A stretch of 57,751 bases of DNA, counting the filler, from Sphacelaria rigidula (Eukaryota), in assembly GCA_964200075.2 (NCBI GenBank). It is 8 parts of 8 records of this genome, joined end to end, with 100 filler letters (N's around TTAATTAATTAA, not from the genome) between each part and the next. Parts side by side here need not be neighbours in the genome. Positions count along the whole stretch, not along the records: positions 36,159 to 43,289 come from CAXNAA020016332.1; positions 43,390 to 50,520 come from CAXNAA020016333.1; 6 more parts are not named here. One strand, given 5' to 3'. Under the pieces are notes generated by a model that saw only the letters and a program-made list of their open reading frames with translations, was not told the DNA's origin and did not search any database. The position numbers and the translations under genes are program-made. This document shows positions 36,059-48,732 of the stretch, in pieces (the first letter of the stretch is position 1; the number at the start of each line of letters is the position of its first letter).

Positions 36059-36158
36059 NNNNNNNNNNNNNNNNNNNNNNNNNNNNNNNNNNNNNNNNNN
36101 NNTTAATTAATTAANNNNNNNNNNNNNNNNNNNNNNNNNNNNNNNNNNNNNNNNNNNN
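36059..36158. other. Artificial contig linker
   Basis: N44-TTAATTAATTAA-N44. Confidence 0.99.
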
Positions 36159-38358
36159 GGCTGGTGTTGCCTCGGGTGAGGCGGTGGTCAAGGCCGAGGC
36201 GATAGACGGGGACTCGACCGTTGCCGGCATCGAGGGGGCACATGACGTGGCCACCTCGCGGCCAGCCGCCCCGGCCATCAACACCGCCCCCATCGCCGCC
36301 GCCGCCGCCGCCGCCGCAGCAGCAGCAGCAGCAGCAGCAGAAGCAGACCCTGACGCCGACATCGCCGACACACTCACCCGGGGCAAGTCTGGTGACAAGG
36401 TCGATGGAGTAGACGAAGGCGGAGATATACTCGACGCCGGCGGAGGCGATGGTGTCGACGGAAGGCCAGACTCTGCGGGGAGAGGAGCAATATTGGGTCC
36501 CGCACGCCAGGGCAGGATATTGGGACTGAACTCCGATGACGTGGCCGTGGTGGGCGAGGAGGTGCCACGCGGGCGTGCAAGTAGCCCGGAGGAGGAAGAT
36601 GCCTGTGACAGAGGCGATGTGGTCGGGTCTTCCGAGAACGTGGATGCACAGCTAGAGCAAACGAATGGAGCGAGGGGAGCGGCTGCTGGTGCTCGTACTA
36701 ATGCCGAACAGGAGGAGAAAGACTCCCTGGGGGGCGGCATCCATGGAGCGACGTCGGCCCAGCGATCAGAGACGGTGGAGGCCGATCGTCCGGTGGGTCG
36801 CGACAAGCAATGGTGGAGACGGCTGATTCTCAGGATGATCGTGATGGCACTATTGGGCGTTGGGGGCGCACTTCTATGCGGCGGAGAAAGGTATGCATAC
36901 GACACGAGCAGTCACTAGTGTGACAGCGGAGAGTGGGCACAGTGACAGGGCGCGATATGCTTTGCGCTACCGAGGTCGCCGCATTTCGCATGGCAGGGCA
37001 CGATATGATGTTTGTTGTGGAAAGATCGTTGGTGCTGTAGTTTTTGTATTGGTTGCAGTGCTGGGTCATCTGGCTTTGGAACAACCGCACACCGTCTCGA
37101 ACGGCTGCCACACCTTGTGTTGTATCTGTGTGTATGCAATGGGTGCGTGTTTCTTCGCATGTCATTGTTGAGTTGGAGCACCGAGAGCTGTGATCCGTAA
37201 CTGTGTTGCTGTTTTCGACAAAATCTTTGTGTTTCCGTCGACCGGAGGACGTGCGTCGCCGTCGTGAATGCTACGTGCCACCGCATGTGATGTGCTGATC
37301 GCTCAGGTCGACGTACCGGGGTAGCACCTTGACGCCGGGGGAAGTGGTTGGGGTCGGGCAACACCTGGAGAGGAAGGGAACGTTCCCATGGATCGGTCGC
37401 GTGTCGGTGACGCAGGGCGGCGGTGTCAGGGCAGCCCGCAAGCTGGGCGGCATCTTCCCTTATGACGCGGTGGGTGCGACGGGCTCGGGTTCTGGAGTGT
37501 TGGTCAGTAGTATATAGTGTGTGTGCCGCGGACGGGCGAGACTGCATGTTTTTCACCGTCGGGAGGGTTTGGAAAGGCTTACTCTGCAGCGATGATGTTC
37601 GCGGTCTAATAACGAATGTTGACGTGTGGCAAGTGCCTGATCACGCCGTCGTCATTTCAGCATGTGTTGTTTTTATCGTTGCCAGTTGAGTTCGGCAGCA
37701 CACACGCGCCACCCTCATATGCTAAATCTAGCGTTTGCAGTCACTATCCGATTGCTGTCGGGGAAAGAGTGATCAGCAGGCTTGTTGCGAAGAACCCCGC
37801 CGCGTCGCCAAATGCGTCACGTTGTTTGCACGCCATGTTTCTTTCCATCGTTAGGCATCTATCGCAGAGGATGTCGGCGAGGAGCAGAGGACGGGAGGCC
37901 TCTGGTGCACAGCCGAGCGCTTCGCGCGCAAGGTAACGGGGCAGCAAGACGCCGAATACGGGCTGTTCATTGACAACGGCCAGCTCGTACTCGGGAGTGG
38001 GAGGTACTGCCGGGTATTTGAGACCCCGGTGACCCGAGGTCTGGCGGATCGCCTCGGCGTGGGGAAGCGCGTGGGTGAGATTCGCGATGCCCGGGGCTCG
38101 TTCGACGACTCGGGTAAGTTCCAGGTGGTGACGCCGAAGGGGGAAGTGCTGTGGCGAGTCACCAGCTCTGCGGAGAAGGGTGGCGGTGGCGGCGGGTGGT
38201 GGAGTTTCGGTGCTGAGGCGAAGGCGAAGACTACCGAAGACACAAAGAGCCCGAAGCAGACAAAGCGCAGGGCGGGTGTAGCTCCTAGAGGTGACGGGCG
38301 GGTCCACGGCGGATTTTTGGGGAAGTGGTGGAGGAGTGGGACACGTAGGGCTTCGTGA
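36159..38358 (+). CDS. 3' part of a single-pass membrane protein with an acidic disordered region, a TM helix and a C-terminal bulb-type (B-) lectin-like domain
   Basis: Exon <36159-36890 (...KQWWRRLILRMIVMALLGVGGALLCGGE-ag|gtatgc), exon 37307-37502 (cag|g-STYRGSTLTPGEVVGVGQHLERKG...GSGVL|gtcagt), exon 37855-38358 (tag|ASIAEDVG...EYGLFIDNGQLVLGSG...DARGSFDDSGKFQVVTPKGEVLWR...RRAS-TGA). Phases 2 and 0 are consistent with no stops. STLxPGExxxxGQxL, DNGQLVL and DSGKFxVxxxxGEVLW resemble B-lectin repeats. Confidence 0.8.
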
Positions 38359-39202
38359 TAGCAGTGTTGGTGCGAATCCTTTGGTCGGTCTGTAGGGGGC
38401 GGTCACGGTGTTTCCACCTTGTTGACCCTCCTTGCCCTTCCTGACGTGGTCTTGTCCGAACGTGTGCCGTTTGTTGTTACATTTACCTGGTATGGCGTTC
38501 AGGTGGTGTTTCCCTGTGTATGCTGCCACCATTTCCGTCCCTGTGGTGTTATCTCGGTGTTGTGTTTCTCGTCCTACGCCTTGGTGTTGCTGGGTGTGCT
38601 AAGCTTGGCGGTGCTGTAGTGGGTGTCGTAGTTGGTGTTGTGGGTGTCGTTGATCATCTTCGAGATTAGTTCTCGTGAGGTCGATGATGTCACACTCCGT
38701 CTCATCGCCTGATAACTAGTTTGTGCTGTGAGTTGGTAGTGTGGTGAAAACACCAAGTCTGTAACGTCAGGCGGCTCTCCTCTCCGTCCTGTTTGTTGAA
38801 TGTCACACGCGCATACAGTGGATGTATTTGGCGATGTGTGTGTAGACGTTTTCAACCCGGACAGTGGGCTGCAAAAATAGGATAGGTCAAGAGGTGATTC
38901 CTTGCCGAACACTTGGGAGTTTTTCATTCTATGTAGTAGTATCCACAGATATTCATGTAAGTACACGGATTATGTGTGTGTTCGACCGTGCTGTGTATCG
39001 TGTAAAGCCCTTATCGTGCGTCTAGCGCACTTTTAGTGCCTGCGTTGCTGCGTTCGGTGGGTGTTGCGCTGCTGGGATTCGTAATCGCCGGGAAACGGGC
39101 ATGCTCACGTGCTGCATGTCACCTCAATGTCCGCCTCGAGGTTTGTCTATGACGGTGGCATTTTGGTAGGGGTGGGTGTACGTGATCGCAGCGAGTGGTG
39201 TG

Positions 39203-39480
39203 TGTGTGGTGCGGTGTGGTGAGCTCTTGCTGAGCGATAGGCAGTCTTTCCGGCTGTTGTTTACAGTTTTCCAGGGGCAGGCGTTGTATGTAGGCTAGAC
39301 TCCTGTTGTGTGTGCTGCTAATGCTGGTCCTCGTGTCTGTGTGGTGCAGTGTGTTGAGTTTTTGCGGAGCAATAGGCAGTACTTCCAGCTGTTGCTGACG
39401 GTTTTCCAGGGGCAGGTGTTGTATCTAGGCTAGACTCGTGTGGTGCATGCTGCTTACGCCAGTCCTCGGACATTTGGCGC
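39203..39480 (+). repeat. Diverged tandem repeat, ~135-bp unit x 2, with a further partial copy at ~39668-39730
   Basis: tgtgtggtgc.gtgtg.tgag...ttgc.gagc.ataggcagt..ttcc.gctgttg.t.ac.gttttccaggggcagg.gttgtat.taggctagactc repeated. Confidence 0.8.
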
Positions 39481-41999
39481 AGTGTAGTGTCGAGGCTCCT
39501 CAGCGTGAGCCCTAGCAGTCCGGGTTTTGTTTTCCGTTCGAGTCATGATAAGTACGTGCTAGAGCCAAGCCTTATATGCCTAGTTTTCACATCGTGAGTG
39601 GCCTGGTCGCAATGCTAGCGTGGTGGTGAACAGACGTGAACACTGCAAGAAATATGCATGTTTGGTGGGTGTGGTGCAGTGGTTTGAGCTCTTGCAGAGC
39701 GATAGGCATTCTTTCTGGCTGTTTTTGTTGCTTTTCAAGGGAGAGACGGAACATCTATGCAACTATAGCGTATTTCGCATGTTGCTATCGTAACGCCAAT
39801 TCTCGAACATGTGGTGCACCTCAAGGTCCGCGTTGTCATGTGAGATGGGCGATACACCGTTCGATGAAGGTCGGGTGTGTGAGCAGCGTCATGTGTGTTG
39901 TAAGCCACCCGGGACACCCATCGTGGCTCAGCGTGTACGAAAGTGGTGTTCGCGTAGTAGTGGATACACGCCAACGTGGCGTGTGTTGTTTGCTCGTGTA
40001 TAGATGCGAATGTGAGGGTGGGCGCCGTGCCGTGGACTGAGCTGTGAGAGAGCGGCAGACGTCCAATTTACTCTGATCACGTATCAGATTCATGTCATTT
40101 GACAATTGTCTGTATTCACGGACAATATGTTCACAGATATTTCGCTTTTATGGCGCGGAGAAGTTGGCTGTCGTTGCCCCATGACTAAGCATATTACGAA
40201 CGCATGTTGCTTTGCATCACGTGGTGTACGACATGTAGTGAGGTGTTCATGACTCGCTTCTGGCGGCGGCCATCTTGTTGCCCATGTTTAGCTGTTTTCT
40301 GTGCCATCTCGTTTTGCCCTTGGTTCAGTGTAGCGTGGTGTTGTTGATTGGGTGTGGTTGTACTAGAACACCCCCCCCCCACACTTTTGGTGTAGGTCAT
40401 TTTGTTCCAGCGGTTCGCTAGGGCGTCGACGGTAGAGCGCCCTTGCTCTCAGTGCAGTGCGGTACAGTTCATCATATCTGGGGTGTGTACGGCCCCGCCC
40501 GACATGACCTCTGACCTAGATTGTGTCAAGTGTGGCATGTGCTGTGGATATATCGGGTGTTTTGGCGACAAATTGCGCGGTAGCTGTTTCTGGTATGACT
40601 GTTGGTTGATCGCTGCTGCTTTGGAGAGTTGAAGAATGCTCTCTCGTCACGCAGGACGTACAGTACATGGGTCGATGAGCCTGTAATTGCGTTTTTGACG
40701 CATGTTGGAATATTGTGACGCACTTCATGCATCTGCCTTGGAGGTCGCCGGTGACTGTCATCAAATTCCTCTGTATTTGTAGCTTCGCACCGTAACGTGT
40801 TACACATGTATGTACGACGTGTCTATCGTCACCACAACACCGCACTGGTCAGTGCTGTAGATACGGAAAAGGGTCGCAAACGGGAGCAATGCGCTGATTA
40901 CTGTGCTGGAGTTGCATGTGACAGTCGCGTGCGTGCCAACTTTATTGCTGTGTCGGTGTGGAGCGCTACGCTCATGGTTTTGGCAATGTAGCGTGTAAAG
41001 CATCGTAGCCCCGATTCGTTTGTGAAGGCGCAACCAACGCCGAGCTGGGGTGCTCCACATTCCCTGGACAAGTGCTGTTATTGACGTGAGAAGAATATCA
41101 GAGAGGTGCCAGTTGTTTGTATGGATGTTTTGTGGGTCTAGCTGTAGGTGTTGCTGTCGCAGTAAAGGTTCCGGGAGCGTCTCGAGTGTGAGTTTGGGTT
41201 GCTGTTTGTGAGGATCCTTTGCTCGCCGGAGGGTCACCTTGTCCCTCCAACCTTTCGCACAGCAGTATATATGTATATATATTGCAGTCGCCGTTCAAAC
41301 AAAGAGCCCACTCAGCCATGAATTTTCCGCAGGCTGTTCTTCATCTCTCCCCAAAAGTTCTGGAATAGATGGACATGGGAAGGAGAAACAGGCCGTTCAC
41401 AAGAAGTACTCCCCAACTCGATGTTGTCGGGGCAACACGGGGTAAATGACCGTTTTCGTGCCTGAGTAGTTGGGAAGGTGATACCCATACATGGATCCAA
41501 AAAACATGGTTTTCCGGCTGTAGTGCAACACCCAGCTACAAATTACAGAGACTGGGGTTGCACAATAGTTCGCCAGAATGATGAGGGTTGGTTTGATCGA
41601 GCGATAGCATTGAAGAGCCAGTCTGCGGCTGTGCACTCGTGGGACCCCCGACGACCGGTCGAGGCCGGCAATCGTTCAAAGTTGGTGTGTGCAAAGAATT
41701 GACTTTATCCTCGGGATTCGTTACACGGGTGATGATGCCTATCCATCCCCAAAATGTCATATCAAAACTTTCTCCTTGATTGGTGATTGTGACTGAATCA
41801 CAATCTGGACAGTGAACACAACTGTAGTAACAGTCCATTGCTTCAGCAACAGACACGGGGAATAATATATTGATATATATATATTATTGAACACGATATA
41901 TGGTGAAACGCATCTATTGATATGTATTGCAAGGGACAAAAGATGTTGCAATAATAGTCGATCGATAGCCTATGGAAATTGTAATAGATAAAAGATCAC

Positions 42000-42185
42000 T
42001 CGCCATCCATGGACATCGTGTACCGCAATAGATTCTGGCATATATATATATCGATAGCCATTGCCGTAATGAATATAGCTTTGGTGAGCCATCCATCGAT
42101 AGTCATTGCCGTGATGAGTAGGTCTGGCGAGCCATCCATCGATAGTCACTGCCGTCATCAAAAGATTGGGTGAACCATCTATCAA
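42000..42185 (+). repeat. Diverged ~42-bp tandem repeat
   Basis: gccatccatcgatagtca(t/c)tgccgt recurs at ~42088 and ~42132, with degenerate flanking copies. Confidence 0.7.
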
Positions 42186-43289
42186 TACCTAGCTTGTATT
42201 TTGTAGGAGAATCCGCAACATATATGTGTGGACAAAAGTTACGATTATTGTTGTTGATGTGGTGTTGGTACTCATGGTTCTCCCTCTTGTGGACATCAGC
42301 GCTTACAATACTTTCGTGCGTGTGGGTGAGATGTGCTTATACCCTGGACGATGGACTATGTAATAGAACACTGGCGCTGCAATAGCCCCGAAAAATTGTC
42401 AGTGTTCATCGTCAGCCAAAATCGACTGGCATCGAAGTCTATCGATAGCTTTTGTGCACACGTGGACAGATAGCACCCTGTGGGGCGCACTGTGCAGGGT
42501 CCATACAGGGTCCTCCACAGTCTTTGTGAAAAAACCCTGACAGTGAAATGCAAAATCTGTACCCGTCGCAGCGTTTTGATAGGGTTTTCCCCAGGGTTGG
42601 ATTTGCAGCGCTGTGTAGGCACGTCGGCAAAGCCCTGCACAGTCATGTGGTAGTGTTTTGGTGAAAAAACCTCAAGTGCTTTTTTTTCGAAAATTCCAAA
42701 TATTTTGGTACAAAATCTGTAAATTTATATATCTTCAATACCTTGTCCTCCTGTCCGAGGTAAATTCCTCTTCACCCGATTTGAGTCGAGCGAAAACGAA
42801 TTTATTTCGGACAGCAGATCAAGCTAGATCCAAAACAGATCCTTTTCTCGCCCGATTAATTTCGGCAAAGGAAAGGATTTATTTAGAACAGCAGAAGAAG
42901 CTGTTCAAGATCGATCCTTTTTTCGCCCATTTTCGAGATGAGCGAAAAAGGATCTATTTCGAACAGCTCCTTTTGCTGCGCAAATCCCATTCACACTGGC
43001 AGATTCAGAATTTGACCGGCAGAAGAAGCTCGAAATGAATATTTACTTTTCCCTCCAATTCATCCAGAGATTGGGGGAAACGAAATTCATGGCGAGCAGC
43101 GTTAGCTGCTGGGCAAATCCCGCATACTGCATCGTCACCGGCGCATGGGATCCGAGACGCAGAAAAAGTTGCTGAAAGGTATTCATCCTTTTACCCCGGA
43201 GTCCATGTATACATGGGCTGAAGGATGAATAGCTCTCTACCGCTTTCGCTGAACAGAGATCCCACACGTCGGATGCGTGGGTATGTCCG

Positions 43290-43389
43290 NNNNNNNNNNN
43301 NNNNNNNNNNNNNNNNNNNNNNNNNNNNNNNNNTTAATTAATTAANNNNNNNNNNNNNNNNNNNNNNNNNNNNNNNNNNNNNNNNNNNN
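43290..43389. other. Artificial contig linker
   Basis: N44-TTAATTAATTAA-N44. Confidence 0.99.
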
Positions 43390-43449
43390 GGTCAATGGTC
43401 TGATAACTATGGCAAGCATGTTCAGGCCTCCACCCCCCCCCCCCCCCCT
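43390..43449 (+). repeat. R1 family 3' module at contig start
   Basis: ggtcaatggtctgataactatggcaagcatgttcagg followed by poly-C. Confidence 0.6.
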
Positions 43450-43709
43450 AGCAACGAACAGACCCTTAGAATGAACAGATTCTTGGAATGATCGACCGCG
43501 AATGACGCACTCAATTAACTGGTCCCTCATCGAACCTACAGGCCTACCGATCTCACATAAACACATACACCAATACCCACCACCAGCAAGAAATGACTGT
43601 TTCCCGCATTCACATCGGTTATACTCCACGACACTCTCTGTTGCATGTTCATTCGCTGATCGGTACTTTTTGTTCAATCGGTGTTTTTTGCGGTACCTAA
43701 TGCGATAAG

Positions 43710-44850
43710 GTGTTGGTTTTCGACACTAGCAACGACAAGGAAGTGGGTCAGCTATGGATTTCTATGGACAGGGTGGTGTTGAGGCTGGACGAAGCCCTTC
43801 TGCAAGCGGAGGTTTGGTCTTGGATAAAACATTGCGTTGGCGTTACTATTATACCGCGAATTTCGGGACGTTTCCGATGGATGACACAGGAATCTCGCAC
43901 TCTGTAAACTGTTCAGCTTAGTAAGAAATTTCCGAAGTGTTCGTTAAAAAGTGGATAAAGTTAGCGGAGACACGACACAAGATCATCGCTGACCACCTGG
44001 AAGTTGGATGCCGACACCTGAAGCCGCCAAGTTTTTCCTCGGCGCGGTACAAGATGCGGAGGGATTCTCGTCACGCGTTTCGTACGCATAGTTCGGTTCG
44101 AGTGGGCATTCATTGCACCCGCGTTTAAAAGTTGTACAACTGCTGTGCACAGAGTTATTCTCGGATAGTGTGAAGAAGAGACTCTTCAACGAGGGGGGGT
44201 CATTCCCGTGAGTGCATCACGTGAAGAATATACCATAATGTTAAACGATACTTTTGGAAGAACTGTCCGCCGCAGAACCAGAGGGTCGGGGGTTTCGAGT
44301 TTGGTCGCAAAGTTAAGCCTACCGCAAACGATACAGGGCATGAAACATGGCTTCCGCCTAGAGTCGTAACAAGGTTCTACTGATCCTCTTCGACAATGCC
44401 ACATATGGGAGGTGACTATCCACACTCAGGAAGGCTGAGGATTGCGAACATGAAATGGTGGTGAGTATCCACCACCAGCGGTCGAAAAATAGTTCTCCCG
44501 TAAAGCCTCTCGCTGACCCAGCAACGTGAGTCATCGTGGACGGCGGCGAAAAGATATAGTGTGGAAAATACTCATGTAGGCGGACTATTCCCACATGTGC
44601 CCGTGGAGGAAGATAATACCTCTTTCTACGAGAATAGCGTTTTCAAAGCACTGTCAACATTTTCTTGGGGGAAAATGGGAAAATATCTTACTTCGTGCAA
44701 CTACTGTTTCTGTTCGCATTGCCAGGTGAAGGTGATAAAAAAAGATCTGGAGGACCTTGACTTCGACACCAAACCGGAGGACGCATTGGCCGAAGCTAAG
44801 CGGAGACTCGCCGTCTCATTTATTGTCAAACGAATAACGGTGCGCTCTCT

Positions 44851-44881
<31 letters not shown>

Positions 44882-46736
44882 CTTTCCACGTACATTTTTT
44901 ACGACAATTAACACTTTCAGGCAGATTGCTTTCCGAACGAAAAGCAATGATATCCGAAGGAGGCTTGTAAGCGCTTTGATCGCCAAGACCGTGAAAACAT
45001 TTTTTTCTGCCGATATGCGTCGGAAAAGGCTCCGCTTCGCTTACCGATGTTCCACGCGAACGTATTCTAGCGTCATGCCGTCTTCCTCTCAAAACTTGAG
45101 GTCGTCGAAGCGAATCAAACGAGCGTGAAGTCATGAATTTTTGCCTATGATAGAAACGAGGGCAACGATGAGCCACAACAGCGTTTCAAGCCGCGCGGAC
45201 TTACGGACTACAGGTCGCATACCAGCAGTCCCTAGCGTAGAACCCTAACATCCCCAGGGAGTCTCAAACAACAAACAAATTAAATTTCAATTAATTTATA
45301 AATACATGTATATATGACCTGAACAGGGCATATAAAAAAGAAATCATGAAAGAAAGATTGTTTGAGGATAGATGGTTGGATGGTTGGATGGTTGGTTGGA
45401 TTTATTTTTTGTTGGATTTATGTTTTGGACAAGGGAAGGACAATATGTATCGAGGTCCACACGTTGCCATTCTCGAGATCGGTGCTAACATACTTTATTC
45501 AATACCTAACGTCGTCGGATATATCTTCGTACCTTCTGAGCCTTTTATCGCCATCCGGCGTTCACAGCGTATGATCACCCCTTGAAAAACCGCCACTTTT
45601 TCCCTGTGCCTTTAACTACTGGTACACCAGGTCGAAGAGACGGCGGGTGACACTACAGAGACGGCTGGTGACACTACAGACCCTAGGCCTCAAAAGTCCT
45701 ACAAGTTGGACATGATCCGGATGGCCTCAGATGAAGTTGGAGAAAAGTTGCCGTGGGACTTGGTGATGGAAAAACCGGCTGACATCGACGGTGCCTTCAG
45801 CCGCGCTGCTCTCAAGCTAGCGTCAATGTACGTCAAAACTCTTTGAGGGTAGCGTAGTCTCCATATGCAGATCAGTGGCTGGCCTCTTTTGTTTTCTGTG
45901 TGTGTCCTGAGGCATGAAGACTTCGAAGCTACAGTCGTGCTACTCTCAGTACTGTGCGCAATACAAAAAATGAGTCCACAGGAAGATTTTCAATCGTTGA
46001 AGGTTATACGTATTGGCATGTGACAGTTACACCTCCTCCATCTCCATCACAAACTGTGCAGACAGAACAAATAAGGGAGGCACACCAGTATGATATACAT
46101 TTCACCCACGATACCTGATCGAGGCCTCAATCTCGCGATCGCTCGATTTTGTTACGCTCTGCATGCAGGCAGCAAGTAGCGGAGGTGGTCGCTATTCTCA
46201 CGGAAAACATCACGGCGGCCCGGGAAACGTCGCAGGATGCCGTCAAAAGCTTGGACGTAGCTGAGAAAGTCGTTGCAAAGGTGAACATAGATGACGCGCA
46301 ACAATATATCGTGTCAACCCTCTGCTGCGGTACGTAGTTGGAGAATCCTTACGCTCTGGTCACCAAGTACAGGCGGTGCTCCTCTCACCTCTCACAACGA
46401 ACTCGTATGTCATATGTCACGACCCATAGCCCAAAGCCCCGAATTTTGGCAAAATTCTGTCCAAGAGCAGTCAATGGGAGGAAGGAGGGGCGCTAAGAAT
46501 GGCATATACTTTGTTATTATCCGACGCGCATCGCAGGTGTGTTTCACTTGACGAAAGCGACCGTTACACCCGATATGTTTAGTGTGGTCCTCATTTGCTC
46601 TCGACCAGCGTTGGAAGACCTGGAGATTCAGATCGATGGGTCCTGGGAGTCCCATGGGAGTTCCGTGCTACTCCGATGGGCGTTTTGTTGTACTTCGTGT
46701 AATATAGCTAGAGAGCATATCTGGCGGCACTGCTAG
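43710..46736 (+). CDS. Multi-exon unknown helical protein (partial), with one apparent 1-nt frameshift
   Basis: Exons 43710-43811 (VLVFDTSND...EALLQAE), 43917-44046 (LSKKFP/[E]VFVKKWIKLAE...FSSA-cg), 44430-44460 (g-KAEDCEHEMV|gtgagt), 44726-44839 (VKVIKKDLE...VKRIT), 45631-45827 (VEETAGDTT...LKLAS-at|gtacgt), 46169-46329 (g-QQVAEVV...STLCC-g|gtacgt), 46609-46736 (cg-LEDLEIQIDGSWESHG...; end uncertain). Junction phases 2, 0, 0, 2, 1 all match. Confidence 0.72.
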
Positions 46737-47460
46737 ATGACCGTCCTGAAGACGCGTTCGAGTGTTCGCTACCCCTATAGAGGTCGAGAACTATGATGCG
46801 TCCAAAATCTTGTTCAAACAGCAGTTCATTATTTTTGGGGGGTTGCCGCCATCGTCGCGGCGCGCGCATTACTAACCGGCCGGTTGATGCGTATTTCACT
46901 TCAACACCTTGGACCATTTTAGTTCATGGTGGGGCCGAACCACACCCAGTGGCATGTAACGCATGTTTGCGCGCAACACGTGGACCTACGTACGTAGCCG
47001 GGCATGTTCCCACGTCCCAATTTCTATGCCTGCGGCGGTGGTAACAGTAATCACTCGCTCCGCTCTTCATAAGTTCTGCATTAAAACTCGCCTGAGCCTG
47101 ACGTGAAGACCCAGGGAGACAACGGTGCGTGCGTGGAGGATGGGGGTACGTTGCGGCCACAATAAGGCTTTTCCCACCTTAACAAGGGGGGGCTAACTTG
47201 CCGCCGATTGTTCGCTTTTTGCATGTGCCTGAACCCCAACCTACGCTGTGTTGCCCTCGACATCAGGGACGCAGAGCTTCACTCGCGGTCGCGCGTCGGG
47301 CATCACTGACACCGTTGGCAAAGGAAAAGAGGTAGACCTCGTCCCCCTGTCAGCGTCAGGATTCTGCAGGATGAAGAATTTTGTCCTGTGAAATATGGGT
47401 AGTTCGAATTCACGTAAGTGAACGGGAAAATTTGAAAACTGACCATGATGAATGACGACG

Positions 47461-47655
47461 GCGGGGGGGGGTTGGGGTGGGGTCTACTCATGATCGTGCC
47501 TGCCGTAGTCATAAGACCATTGACGTCGTATCTCCTACAAAGCCGGGACGCAGCACGCCGGGTTTTCGCCGGACCAGGCTCGCAGATAATCACCAAGGGG
47601 CAAAGCGCCGTCATGTCTTCGGCGAGTCGCGTGAAGTATGAGCTGCATCCTGCTA
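47461..47655 (-). repeat. R1 family full-length copy
   Basis: Reverse complement tagcaggatgcagctcatacttcacgcgactcgccgaagacatgacggcgcttt...gacgtcaatggtcttatgactacggcaggcacgatcatgagtag plus C-rich tail. Confidence 0.9.
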
Positions 47656-48732
47656 AGGTAGTGCTGGGAGGGGGGGGGGGATCACAAGCTTCAGATGGGA
47701 CGGTACGCTCTTATTAGACGACGAGTCGTGGTCGAAAATAGTGTAAATAACTGCGTGCGAAAATGGTGTGAATAGCTGCTGCGTGCGAAAATGTTGGTTT
47801 GTCCTCCAACCTCCTCTGGTGAAAATTGTCCCTTTTTGTAGATACAAGTCCTCCACATCATCACCATCCCCTTTACGATCCTCTACACTATTCTAGCGGG
47901 AGGCTTCAAGGGGTTACCTTCTTCCGCCGGCCGACGATGACAACTTTCCACTACAGCAAGCGGAAGTATACTAAGTATGAGTATGTTATGAAGGGGGAAA
48001 CGTAGTAGATAGTTCACCGTATACTTTTGTTCAGATGTACCTAGCATAATATAGGTGGACCCACATAATATCGGCATTTTCGGGGTAAACAATCGTGCTT
48101 AAAATTGGTCCAATACTTTGTGTTGTAGAGATACTGTACATAGGTCCGCGTACTGTATTTTATGAGTTCAAAATCTTCGGACTTGCTGTATGTGGGCCGC
48201 CACCTCCACAGCGTACATTCAGAAAATTATCCCAAACGAGTACGCTTGTCTTAACTCTTGCACGATGACCTCTGGTATGCGAAGGCATGTGTCGTTTTTT
48301 CTCACGACTGTTCTTCGTTCGGCGTCTGTCTCTGTTAGCGTTTCCCTCTGCTTGTTTCTCGTTGTTGCTTCGTATTCGTACTGCATGTTTCTCTTGTTCT
48401 GTCCTGTGCATATGTTCGAGGGTCCCTTACCGCGTCTTACCGTTTAGCTTGATCGAGTAACGCCTCCGTATTTATGCTGTGATAGCGACTGAATTCGAGG
48501 CAGAAGAGTTACCGTTAGGCAAGGAGGGATCAGTGCAACTGCCCATCGCTCAGTTGATGGTCTGACGGGTGAAGTACTGAAATTGTGTACGGTCCCCCAC
48601 CGCTGTTCGTTGTAGCTGGCGTACAAATCTCCCGATCCCGCGGTGTGTAATCCTACTGTCGACTCCAGTTATCGTGGAATCAACAAGTTGTCCTTACCCT
48701 CTCTCGAGAAATACCGACTTTCGTACTTAATC

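Noticed and set aside
34135-38358. NB-ARC plus lectin-like gene as an immune gene cluster
   Set aside because: The two genes are on different contigs separated by an artificial linker.
36111-38532. Minus-strand ORFs of 264, 213 and 262 aa
   Set aside because: Shadow ORFs of GC-rich plus-strand exons that have coherent splice sites and domain motifs.
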